From positions 126,597,634 to 126,661,633 of the forward strand of contig NC_068982.1 in the NCBI RefSeq assembly GCF_001194135.2: a DNA stretch of 64,000 nucleotides. Reading direction: 5' to 3'. This stretch comes from Octopus bimaculoides (taxonomy: Eukaryota). The notes beneath the pieces are model-generated. The model did no database searches. It saw only the letters and a list, made by a program, of their open reading frames with translations, and was not told the DNA's origin. This document shows, in pieces, positions 26,223 through 38,090 of the stretch. A program made the translations under genes and the position numbers. Numbering within the stretch: position 1 is the stretch's first letter; the number at the start of each line of letters is the position of its first letter.

Positions 26223-26987
26223 ACTGTTCTTGGAGAACATACAGAAATATTCTCCACTGCTCATGTGGAACCAACACCAATGACCTCACCTTGAAACTTT
26301 CATGACTTAAGGGCCTCTTTATGTCCTTATTACAGAAGGAGAATAGAAGAGATATAGATAGATAGATAAATAGAGAGAGAGAGAGAGAGAGATGGTTTTG
26401 TCAAGGTGATGAGAGAGAGTAAAGTACTAACTGTGATGACCCATCCAACCCATCGAAAGAAATATTCAAACACATACATACCTGAAGTTACTCTATCCAG
26501 ATTACAAGTTCAGGTTTATACCTGTAATTACTGGGGCACTGGGATTCTCTGCTAAATACCAATCTTGAGAAATTAGACTTCTCAAAACCAGAAAGGAGAA
26601 AGCTGATTTGAAGACTACAGATTTAAGCCATGTGCAATGGCCATACTCGATGGTAGTGGTGGTGGTGGTGGTAGTAGTGATGATGGTGATGCTGGTGGTA
26701 GTGCTGCTGTTGATGATGATGGTGATAATGGTGTGGTTGTGGAGTGATGGTGGTGTTGGAGTTGTTGGTGGTTGTGGCAGTCATGGAGAGGAATATGATA
26801 ATTGGAATTAAAAAAAAAAAAATAACCTATTAACTCAGTTGATGCCATTTCAGTTCCGACCAGTTCTGGTCCAATAATTGAAATCTTCCTATTTTTCCCC
26901 TTTAGCAGTCAGACAAACCATATATACAGCCCATATATTCTGCATGCTTTATGCTCAAACAGACCAGATCCACCTACCCTATGATAC

Positions 26988-27020
26988 CATTCCAAAAATA
27001 TATAAACACATGGTAGAGGC
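26988..27020 (-). CDS. Putative short exon (C)LYHVFIYFWN, phase 1-1
   Basis: Acceptor gttgtaactttaag, donor ATG|gtatca, 33 nt; bridges the 28.9 and 25.5 kb exons without a stop; chosen partly because it fits. Confidence 0.4.
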
Positions 27021-28157
27021 CTTAAAGTTACAACATAATGCATTATTGATAAAAAAGAAGCATTAGATTTGACAGAATAATCAGTGATAAAGGGTTGAAT
27101 TGTTCTTTTCCTAAATCAAAATCTTACAAGATATTCCAAGTATTTTTTTGTTATATTGCAAATGCACTGCTTAATGATTGCGAATGGGTTAAAAGATTTT
27201 CCACATAATTTTTCAAGACATGCCAGCAAAAAAAAAAAAAAGAAGGGAAAAGTTTCACCTAGGTTTAATTTAAGGAATTGCAGCTCAGTCCTCCTCCTCC
27301 TCCTCCTCCTCCNNNNNNNNNNNNNNNNNNNNNNNNNNNNNNNNNNNNNNNNNNNNNNNNNNNNNNNNNNNNNNNNNNNNNNNNNNNNNNNNNNNNNNNN
27401 NNNNNNNNNNNNNNNNNNNNNNNNNNNNNNNNNNNNNNNNNNNNNNNNNNNNNNNNNNNNNNNNNNNNNNNNNNNNNNNNNNNNNNNNNNNNNNNNNNNN
27501 NNNNNNNNNNNNNNNNNNNNNNNCACCCTCCCTCTCCCTTGGCCTTTTACCCCCCCTTTATTCTCATCATCACAGCCACCACTGCTGCTGTTGTCATCTT
27601 CACCACAGCTACTGATACTATCCCTCTTGTTGTTGCTATCATTGTTGTCATTGTAGTCATCACCACTACCACTACTGCTGCCACCATCACCACCTTCGCC
27701 ACCACCATTACCACTATAACTTCCACCACTACCACCACCACCACCACTGCCTCCTCTTCCACCATTGCCAGCCCCCACCCTCCATCATCATTAGTGATGG
27801 CATGAATAGAATGGAACCAACCAGTCTCTTGACAGAGGCAATTCTAGAGCCTCCAGGCTTGTGTAGAACAGCAAATTGGTGTCTTTATGTCATATTGCAG
27901 CTATGTTGATTCTATGAATGCAGAGAGAAGCTTATGGATGCTCAAATCTTCTCTTGGAGCTTTTTAAAAAAAAATATCAGTCAAGCAGGCAACTAAGGAA
28001 ATACAATAATGGAATATCTAAGTAAATAAACATTGTAGTAATTCAACCATGTCGTTTACATTTTGAGTTCAAACCCCACTAAAGTCATAAGTAGTTGACC
28101 AGCATCTTAGAGAGAAAACTAGTTACAACATTCAAAATATCTTGTCTCCAGGGCACC

Positions 28158-28793
28158 TTAATCCTTTCTATACCAAACTGCCTAAAACCACTTCTGGCTC
28201 AGTAGTACAAATGTTTTGTTTTCATAAGTTTTGAATTAAAATCTTCCATCAAACCTTGGTCACAATTTGTGTTCCTAACACTAGCTTAATGATAACTAAG
28301 CTATTTTACTAAATTATTTGTTGTATTTAAAACTAGAAAAGCACTTGGAGAGCACAGACCTCTGCCAAGCAGTTCATTTTAAGATAGATACACGAGTGAA
28401 ATTACTAATAGAGAAACGAAAATAAACTTTGGAAACAGCAACACCACCATAGGTTACATGAAGACGATGAACGTTTTTTCAAGGGAGATAATCAAAGAAT
28501 GTAACATTGTAATACTTCATGTAGAGTAAATATAACAAATGAAAAATCCTTCACGAATCCTTAAAAATTCTTGGATCACTATCAAAATTTGATCATCTGT
28601 TCCTTGTGTCCTTACCAACTTTTCCTGCAAGTTTCATAAAATAATGTTCACAACTTTTTGAGTCATTTTGCACACAGACGGACAGACAGACAAACCAACA
28701 CCGATGGAAACATAACCTTCTTCCTTGGTGGAGGTAATTAATTGAAAGAAACACAGAATATCTCAAAAGAAATACAGTAATGAAAGCGTTAAC
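28158..28793. mobile_element. piggyBac-type MITE (TTAA ends) interrupted by a HINE-like element
   Basis: Starts ttaa-tcctttc and ends gaaagcg-ttaa; the internal 28331-28738 segment belongs to family F. Confidence 0.5.
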
Positions 28794-28953
28794 CCATTTG
28801 ATACTGTGAGGGAATCATTAATTATCAGTTCCTGCATTTCACTATATTTTATCTTATCTGTTGTGTCACCAAACTTTCCCCCACATATATCAGGTATATA
28901 CGGGTTTAAGCCCATTTTATTTGTTTATTTATCAATTTATTTTATTAACTCAC

Positions 28954-29027
28954 AATTAGTAAGCAATTCATATTGTTGGCTACAAGTTTCCAAAAGGCTA
29001 GTTGTTGGTTCATGGTTCGCTGCATTT
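28954..29027 (-). CDS. Putative exon NAANHEPTTSLLETCSQQYELLTN, phase 2-1
   Basis: Acceptor ctcttgtcactcatactatcag, strong donor ATT|gtgagt, 74 nt. Confidence 0.55.
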
Positions 29028-29479
29028 CTGATAGTATGAGTGACAAGAGATTGCCAATATTTTATCTTTGTCTCTCATCAATGTTGGCACCCTATATAAT
29101 ATATACATTGGCCAAATATATACACATGCATACATATATAGTGGTGGCTGTTGACTCATTACATAAGTATGACCATTGTTGACATATTGCTTCATTCCTG
29201 ATGTTAAAGACCATGGCTGTCAGCAATGCTCTTGCTGAAATTTGAAGTCAATAACGGTTTGCATAATACCTACCTACAAGCTTATCTACCTGCCTACCTA
29301 CCTACCTACCTACCTACCTACCTACCTACCTACCTACATACATACATACATACATACCTACATACAAACATGCATACATATATCCCAAAAGAAAGCCTGC
29401 ATGAAAAAATCAGCATTCCAAAAAAGGACTATGCATAGCATGTTTTCCAAAGGCTTGATGAAAACAATAATAGCGACAT

Positions 29480-30590
29480 GAAGCGCAACCTGCCTCTCTT
29501 GGACTCCTGACTGCTACATCACATCACGCTTTGAAAGTTATGCATTTGCAATCCCAGAACAGGAGATTGCTACTAAATACCTAATCAACAAAAGAGACAG
29601 TGAAGCCAATGGAGCTCCAAGATGCAACTGAAAATGTAGATTATGTCATGTTTCTGTAGAAGACATCACACATGTGATTAGCAGCTGCCCAAAAATGCCA
29701 TCAAGTTACTACCTCCCTATGTGACATGATGTTGCAAAAACAATAGACAATACCATCTAGAAAGAAGACTGTCCTGGAATAAATATAGAGACGCCCACCA
29801 CCACTGTTATTGAATACATACAAGAACATCAATAGAAAGAATATTGATAGACATTCCCATCAAATCTACTCTCAAGTGTAAACATAACAGTCCAGATGTT
29901 GTTGTTTGGTTCAGACAAGAAAATGTATGTACTGTTATAGAGGTTAACTGTCCTGCTAATGTCAATATCTCTTCAAAAATGAAAGAGAAAAAAAGATAGC
30001 TATGGACAATTACTTCGAAATCTCCAGATTCTAAAGCAAGATTATAAATTCACATTTATATCGATAATAATTGGTGACTTGTTCTGTGGGTCAGTACCTA
30101 AGTGACAATCGAGAAAAACTAGGGCTTTCAGAAAAAGAAATCAACCAGCTAATTACAAATACAATCTGTAAGTGGTACAATAAAAATATGCAAGACATTT
30201 CTCAAGTTTAAAATGATACTTTGTTTTTATTATTTGCATCTTAATGATGGAGCTTTGAATTTTTGTTAGAAACCATTCCTTCCTTGGAGGAAGAATTCAA
30301 ATAATCAAAAACAGAAGAAATCATTTGTACACAAATTCAGTAGAAGATATGACACATGATTAGCAACTGGCCGAAAATATTGTCTTGCTACTATTTCCTA
30401 TTGCAAACATGATGCTATTGCAAAATCAGTATGGTATACCATCCATTGGAAAGACTGTCCTGAGATAAATATAGAGAACACCTCTGTTCTGAACATATAT
30501 GTATCTATCAACACAAGGAATATTGGTTGAACGTTTGCATCAAAACAACTATAAGCATAACAGGCCTGATATTTGTATGGAACAGAAAAA
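29480..30590 (+). pseudogene. Degenerate RLE-type (R4/Dong/NeSL-like) non-LTR retrotransposon 3' region plus a second partial copy
   Basis: CRLCHVSVEDITHVISSCP (CCHC knuckle), HNSPDVVVW...VIEVNCPANVNISSKMKEK (PD..E..K endonuclease), SGTIKICKTFLKF*; many stops; knuckle region repeated at ~30320-30590. Confidence 0.85.
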
Positions 30591-30819
30591 AATCATGTGC
30601 AGTTACAGAGGTATGCAGCAGATGCAAACATTTCTTCCAAAATCAAAAATAAATACACAAATGTGCACAGGTGTGGCTGTGTGGTAAGAAGTTTGTTTGC
30701 CAACCACATGGTTCTAGGTTCAGTTCCACTGTGTGGTACTTTGGGCAAGCATTTTCTACAATAGCCTTGGGCCAAACAAAGCCCTTTGATAGGCAGAAAC
30801 TGAAAGAAGCCTGTTGTCA

Positions 30820-32264
30820 TCATCATCATTATCATCATTGTTTAACGTCCGTTTTCCATGCTAGCATGGGTTGGACGGTTTGACCTGGGTCTGGGAAGAC
30901 AGGAGGCTGCACCAGGCTCCAGTCTGATCTGGCAGTGTTTCTACAGCTGGATGCCCTTCCTAATGCCAACCACTCCATGAGTGAAGTGGGTGCTTTCTAT
31001 GTGCCACCAACACAGGGGCCAGAGGAGACTGGCAACGGCCACAATTGGTTGGTGCTTTTTATGTGCCACAAGGCATGGAAGCCAGTCAAGGCGGTACTGG
31101 CATCGGCCACGTTCGGATGGTGCTTCTTACAAGCCACCGGCATAGGTATCACAACTACAATTTCCATTTGATTTTTATTTTGATGTTGATGTACTTGACT
31201 CAATAGGCCTCCTCAAGCACAGCAGGTTGCCCTATAACCCAAGGTACTTTTGAATGGGCTGGGGCTGGTTATGTGAAACTGGTGTAGGATACAGCCATGA
31301 ACTCACTTTATTTGCCAGGTCTTCACAGGCACAGCATATCTCCAGAGGTCTCGGTCTTTCGTCATTGCCTCTGTGAGGCCCACCGTTCGAAGGTCATGCT
31401 CGACCACCACATCTCATGTCTTCTGGGGTCTACCTCTACCCCGGATTCCTTCAACTGTTTGGGAGTGGCACTTCTTCGCACATCTCTCCTCATCCATCTG
31501 TAGTACATGACCACACCAGTGCAAACGTCTCTCTTGAACGCCACATCCGATGCTTCTTATGTCCAACATTTCTCTCAGTGTGCTTACACTGTCGTGTGTG
31601 CACACTGACATTACACATCCAGCGGATCATACTAGCTTCATTTCTTTCGAGCCTACGCATGTCCTCTACAGTCACGGCCCATGTTTCACTGCCATGAAGC
31701 ATGGCAGTTCACACACATGCATCGTACAATCTACCTTTCACTCTGAGCGAGAGGCCCTTTGTCACCAGTAGGGGTAGAAGCTTTGTGAACTTTGCCCAGG
31801 CTATTCTTATTCTAGTCGTAACACTCTCTGAGCATCCACTCCCACTACTAACTTGGTCACCTAGGTAGTGGAAGCTATCAACTACTTCTAGTTTCTCACC
31901 ATGACATGTGATGGAATCTGTTTTCTGAGCATCTATGGTGTTTATTGCCCCTGTGCATCTGCCGCACACGAAAGCTAACTTCTCAGTTAATCTTCCTTTG
32001 ATGTTGCTGCACGTCTTATGTGTCCAAAGCTTACACTGAGTACATCTTATGAAGTTTCTACCTACACCTTTTCTACAGATTGAGCAGGGCCACCTACCTG
32101 AGGGTGTGTGTGATGAGTTTGCCTTCCTACTTACAAGAAATTTGGTCTTTGCTACATTGACTCTAAGGCTTTTTGATTCTAAACCTTGTTTCCACACCCA
32201 AAATTTCTTTGTTAGTTCTGGTAGTGATTCTGCTATGAAGGCCAGGTCATCAGTATAGAGGAGC
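30820..32264 (-). mobile_element. 5'-truncated RTE LINE: RT C-terminal half with inserted PHD-like finger, 3' UTR and (ATG)n tail
   Basis: LLYTDDLAFIAES...GLESKSLRVNVAKTK...EVVDSFHYLG...RIAWAKF...MLHGSETW...RRLHWCGHV...GRGRPQKT; stops and frameshifts present. Confidence 0.93.
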
Positions 32265-32374
32265 TAGTTGAGTATATATAAAAACTCAAATCGGACTGGA
32301 ACCTGGCGCAGCCTTCCACCATGCCAGCCCAGTTAAACCTTCCAACCCATTCCAGCATGGACAACAAACGTTAA

Positions 32375-32413
<39 letters not shown>

Positions 32414-33301
32414 ATGATATATATATAGATGTTTATCAATTCTTGTACTTTTGTTATATATATATCAATTCTTGTACTTTTGTTATATATATATATCTAT
32501 CTATNNNNNNNNNNNNNNNNNNNNNNNNNNNNNNNNNNNNNNNNNNNNNNNNNNNNNNNNNNNNNNNNNNNNNNNNNNNNNNNNNNNNNNNNNNNNNNNN
32601 NNNNNNNNNNNNNNNNNNNNNNNNNNNNNNNNNNNNNNNNNNNNNNNNNNNNNNNNNNNNNNNNNNNNNNNNNNNNNNNNNNNNNNNNNNNNNNNNNNNN
32701 NNNNNNNNNNNNNNNNNNNNNNNNNNNNNNNNNNNNNNNNNNNNNNNNNNNNNNNNNNNNNNNNNNNNNNNNNNNNNNNNNNNNNNNNNNNNNNNNNNNN
32801 NNNNNNNNNNNNNNNNNNNNNNNNNNNNNNNNNNNNNNNNNNNNNNNNNNNNNNNNNNNNNNNNNNNNNNNNNNNNNNNNNNNNNNNNNNNNNNNNNNNN
32901 NNNNNNNNNNNNNNNNNNNNNNNNNNNNNNNNNNNNNNNNNNNNNNNNNNNNNNNNNNNNNNNNNNNNNNNNNNNNNNNNNNNNNNNNNNNNNNNNNNNN
33001 NNNNNNNNNNNNNNNNNNNNNNNNNNNNNNNNNNNNNNNNNNNNNNNNNNNNNNNNNNNNNNNNNNNNNNNNNNNNNNNNNNNNNNNNNNNNNNNNNNNN
33101 NNNNNNNNNNNNNNNNNNNNNNNNNNNNNNNNNNNNNNNNNNNNNNNNNNNNNNNNNNNNNNNNNNNNNNNNNNNNNNNNNNNNNNNNNNNNNNNNNNNN
33201 NNNNNNNNNNNNNNNNNNNNNNNNNNNNNNNNNNNNNNNNNNNNNNNNNNNNNNNNNNNNNNNNNNNNNNNNNNNNNNNNNNNNNNNNNNNNNNNNNNNN
33301 N

Positions 33302-33500
33302 CATAAATGAGGTTACTCGAGGAACAAGAGAAATTGGTTTTAATTTTAAACTTTGTTCCTCGTTTGAAGGTAAATTCAGAGCCTTCAAGTAGGTAAGGGC
33401 AGGTGCCACAATTAGGGCGTGCACATTTTTTAACTGATGGGGGTGGAAGTGGTGTATGTACTTTTTTGTACTTCTTTGTAAAAAAAATTTTCATTCTCCT
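33302..33500 (-). mobile_element. Penelope-like GIY-YIG endonuclease N-terminal fragment
   Basis: KKCARPNCGTCPYLLEGSEFTFKRGTKFKIKTNFSCSSSNLIY, i.e. the Cys-rich lead-in and CxSxNLIY of Penelope endonucleases; runs into an N gap. Confidence 0.75.
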
Positions 33501-34351
33501 TCTTGATAATTTGCTTCATCGCAATGAAAACCGGTTAGAAAAAATCTTCATTAAATTGTGCTCCCAGTTCAGCATTCTGGCTTTTTTACATTTTCCTATA
33601 TATATATATATATATATATATTAATTCTAGTGTATCTTCTATTACTGGGATTGTTTGAGTTTTCAACCTTCACATTCTGTTTTTATTTCTAAGTTCTTAT
33701 TCTTAGACAGCTCCTCTTGCTCATTCAGGGAAATGTTTTCCATTCACTGGAACTGAAATTCCTATTAACATGAGCTCTCCTCTCTCTCCCTCTCTCCCTC
33801 CCTCTCCATCTCTCTCTCACTCTCACTCTCTGAGGGCCTTTACAATAGCAGCTGTATCTCAGTAACAATAATTGAAACTTCTATTTAGCAGGAAATTGTT
33901 CTCTCTGTGGTTTTTAACAATAACAGATAGAAAGATGTTTTATTTGACTGTCTACAATAATATGACAGAATGGCAAATAATATAAAGCTGAAAGTTAGAC
34001 AATCAGAAAAAAGGCAGTGTTCTTAGTCTGAGTTGTCTTCTACAACTTTTGCTTTTTCAAAAGGAAAATAGAGAATAGAGAATAACATTGAAGATAAGAA
34101 AATCACATGACAGAACATGAAATATAGAATGAAATACGATTCAAAAACAAGCATAGAAATATCATATATAAAATATAAACAAAAATATCATCATCATCAT
34201 CATCTGTGCCATTGTCGTTGTCATTGTCATCACCACTGTCATTGGTGTTGTTATCCTCGTCGTTGTCATCATCGTTGTCATCATAGTTGTTGTTGTCGTC
34301 ATTGTCCTCCTCCTCCTCCTCCTCATCATCATCATCATCACCATCATCATT

Positions 34352-34387
<36 letters not shown>

Positions 34388-35645
34388 GTCGTCGTCGTCG
34401 TCGTCGTCATGGTTGTCATCATTTAATGTCCCCTTTTCTATGCTGGTATGGGTTGGCTAGTTTGACAGAAACCACCAAGCCAGAGGGTTACATTGATCTC
34501 CTGTATCTGCTTCGGTACGGTTTCCATTTTCGAGTGCTCTCCCTAACACCAACCATTTTACAGAGTGTACCAGACACACATGCAGACACACACACACACA
34601 CACTGGCACTCCATGGGTTGTTACAACAGCGAGTGTTCCAATTGATCTGATCAATGGTACAGCCTATTCACAAAATTAGCATGCAAGTGGCTGAGTGCTT
34701 CACAGACATAGTTCTCAGGGAGAGTCAGTATGATACAGAATGTAAAAAAGGCTGAAGCTTTTGAATTACAGGTTCAACTCATCTCAGTGTCCATTATAAT
34801 CCAGTTTTAGATGAAAGTATTATGAAAATTAGAGCTTTGCAAGGAAAAGATAGATGGCTTCATATTCACTTACTCTCAGGATTATCTAAAATTAAATAAT
34901 CATTGTTTTTAGGTTGTATCTTGGGAGGGTCATTATGCCAATTATAAACACACATACTGCTTTTATTTAACTTCTTTTATTATCCTTCATCAGCTAACTA
35001 TCAATTTAACTAATAAACTAATGAATTATTTAACTAGTCATTTTTTCTCTCAATCAATCACCTAGGTTCATAAGACTCTTTTTGTCAGTGATATGCACTC
35101 TCTATTTCAGGACTGCCATGGGTCTATCTGTCTTCTTTATATTTGCATAATGGCCCTTCCAAGATACAACAAAATCTGTTTCAACACATGAGTTCCCATC
35201 AAGAATCTTGCAAACCAAATGCAAAAGGATACAATCAGTAACGGCACAGATTAAGTTTGGAATATTTTTGGGTGAAGTAAAAGCTGCAATTATGGTAATC
35301 CAATGCATCTTAACCATTCAGACATTGTGGAGCAGTTTTTCATCCATTATTTAGCCAAAGGTAATATGCAATTTGCTGTTCCAGAATGATTTTAAACCTT
35401 TGTTGATTGTTGTAAGAAGATGAGAGCTGAATTAACAAAACTTGATTTTGGAAATATTCAAAATATTTTGTGGTGCTTATTAAAAATTGTCATGAACTGA
35501 ATTATGATTATACCACCAACGTGTCTGGCATGTACAATTATACCTAAAAGGACATTATTGCTGTTAATCCATTGTACAATTATCATTCTTGTATCTGCCT
35601 TTTGCTAAACACATACACACATTTATATGTATATACATACATACA

Positions 35646-35676
<31 letters not shown>

Positions 35677-35683
35677 GTGTGTT

Positions 35684-35717
<34 letters not shown>

Positions 35718-35800
35718 TATGGGTCAGATTCTATGGCATATTGCACTGAGGCAATAACATTTTTGGAGTAGTGCAAACAGTTTAGAATTTGCTTTCTTAC

Positions 35801-35910
35801 AGTCTCCACTGCCGGACTATTCTCAAGGAAATTGTGGGTGAATCCATCCATGCTGTCAGGTGATTGTTGAGTGGACCAAGTTGTCAAGTGTGCAACCATC
35901 TGCTGCCCAT
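35801..35910 (-). CDS. Putative exon (D/N)GQQMVAHLTTWSTQQSPDSMDGFTHNFLENSPAVET, phase 1-0
   Basis: Acceptor ttgtattcttgcaag, donor ACT|gtaaga, 110 nt, only one of three frames open. Confidence 0.55.
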
Positions 35911-36339
35911 CTTGCAAGAATACAATATGTACTAAAGAAATTTCTATCTCTCAACCTTGTCAAAAACTGCAAATGAATTTGAAGATGTAACGAAATATCT
36001 GTCATCCTTCATTTGTATCCTGATGACATCAATGTCATTGGAGTTCTCATACAAATCAACATTAGAAATAACATTAACCAGGTCTGAGATGCAATAGTGA
36101 ACACAGGAGATTCAATTGTAGCATTGTTCTTGAATTAGCTATGTGGGGAATGGTTAGCCATTTTATCCATCCATTCGTTTGTCCATCTGTCCGTTCGTCC
36201 ATCCATCTGCCTGTCTGTCCGTCCATCCATCCATCCATCCATCCATCCATCCATCTATCATTTATCCATCCAGCCAGCCAGCCAGCCAGCCAACCACCCA
36301 TCCAGCCGGCCAGCCTGCCATCCATCCACTTTCTCAGCC

Positions 36340-36720
36340 CACTATGCTCAGGAGGGTCATGGGGCTGAGTCCTCAGGTACCTCTTCTACATGGTCCTGAA
36401 AGCAACTGTCATTACACTTCCTGGTGGCTGGATCCCCAAACATGATCAACTGAGACTATGGATGTTATCCAACCATCTTAATCTTGGTCTACCCTTAGAT
36501 CTCCTACTAATTGGCTCAGTTTGAAAAATCTGTCTTGTGATTCTTTCCAGTAACATTCTCATCACATGACTTTAGAATCAGAGGTGTTACTTCTCAATGT
36601 GGAGAAGTAGCAGCTTGACTTGGAGAGACTCGCTGATCTCTGAGCTATGCACCCTGTCAAGTTCAGTTATTCCAGAGATCCTTTGGAAGAACTCCCTTTC
36701 ATCTGCTTATATTCACAATC
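36340..36720 (-). mobile_element. RTE LINE 3' ORF fragment (diverged subfamily)
   Basis: FFQRISGITELDRVHSSEISESLQVKLLLLHIEK*...SHVMRM...RRSKGRPRLRWLDNI. Confidence 0.8.
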
Positions 36721-37199
36721 ATAGTCTCTCCTTGTACTCATCCATTTTAAATTAAACAAAAACTGGTGGCTTAAGACAACAGTAAAGCAGTTTGATGTTG
36801 CAAACACAATTAATAGATTCTTCTAAGTTCTGTGGTAATATTGGTTTCAAATTTTGGCACAAGGCCAGTAATTTCTAGGAAGAGTGTAAGTCAATTACAT
36901 CGACTCTAGTTCTCAACTGGTGCTTATTTTATCAACCCCAAGAGGATGAAAGGCAAAGTCGACCTCAGCAGCATTTGAACTCAGAACATAAAGATGGATG
37001 AAATGTTGCTAAGTGTTTTTCCAAGGTATGCTAATTCTGCCAGCTCTCTGATTTTTATTGTTCTGTGGTAATACTGAAGCATGACAGAAGAGGACCTTAG
37101 GCTTACGGGCCAAAGATTATTGGACAAATACTCAGATAATCTCAGAAACTGTATCAACAGAAGGGGAAATAAAGCATCATACTTTGGTGAAGATATGAG

Positions 37200-37470
37200 G
37201 TCACATAAACTTTTAAACACAATAGAAATGTACAAATGAGATGATATATTTCCAAAACTGTGTGTTGAGAGTATTCTATCTATTGTCAGTATTGGTAGTA
37301 TCTGCTGAGAGCACTTTTGACAAACTAAAGCTCATTAATAGCTTCTTGCGGAACATGATGACATAGGAAAGACTGAATGACCTAGCTGTCCATAGAATTG
37401 AGAACAAACTTAAAGGAGAATGAATTTCAATGTAATAAAAAAAAGCCAAAAATTTCTGCTTTGAAAAGGA
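37200..37470 (+). pseudogene. hAT transposase C-terminal dimerisation domain remnant
   Basis: VSAESTFDKLKLINSFLRNMMT*ERLNDLAVHRIE matches the hAT motif SAERSFSKLKLIKxYLRSTMxQERLxxLAxLxIE. Confidence 0.85.
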
Positions 37471-37779
37471 TACACAAAGCATGTTTTCTTTAGCTATATG
37501 AATTTCCAGTTCTGCATTAGGAAACTCATTAAAGTAATTCTTGATAATGTGTTTAAACTTTCAATAAATTATCCATCTAATTGAACAGATGTTAACTTTT
37601 TTTTTTATTTTCACAAAATGATATCATTGATTGTTAAAGGTCTTTATTCATAGGAAATTTCACAATGGGAATAGGTTCTTAACACTATGAGTTAGTGGTC
37701 TAAAGACTAGAAATATTGCTAAAATTGCAAAAAGTCTAGTGTCTCCAAATCTTAGACTCTCGTACCTGCTGGAAAGAGG

Positions 37780-38090
37780 AGCAGAGCATGTGCTCTTAGT
37801 TCTAGCACCAGACTTCACTACAACAATTAGTAGTCTTCATCTGAGTGTGTGTACAGATGTTCTCATTGATAGGTGTTCTTAAACTCCTCTGTCTTGGCCA
37901 TAAAACTCTAATAAATAGATGGAGATCAAGAACCAAGCCTTAATGAACACATGCTTGCACACTGAAACAGCTGGTAACTCCCACTTTCTGACAGTGTTTC
38001 TGTCCATGACATGCATGGCTCACACAAAGTGCTTCACACAGTCAACAAATGCTAGGTATTATCGCTTGATATATGCTAATAACTTCTGTT
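37780..38090 (-). mobile_element. Highly degenerate RTE RT fragment
   Basis: YLAFVDCVKHF and VH*GLVLDLHLFIRVL resemble LAFVDLEKAFD and VHQGSVLSPLLFIIV. Confidence 0.55.

Noticed and set aside
33670-33750. MENISLNEQEELSKNKNLEIKTECE mini-ORF with a donor
   Set aside because: Preceded by an in-frame stop and phase-incompatible with the flanking exon model
35102-35360. 71-aa minus ORF and a plus-strand acceptor/donor pair
   Set aside because: The plus-strand candidate has stops in all frames; the minus ORF has no usable splice sites and no recognisable domain
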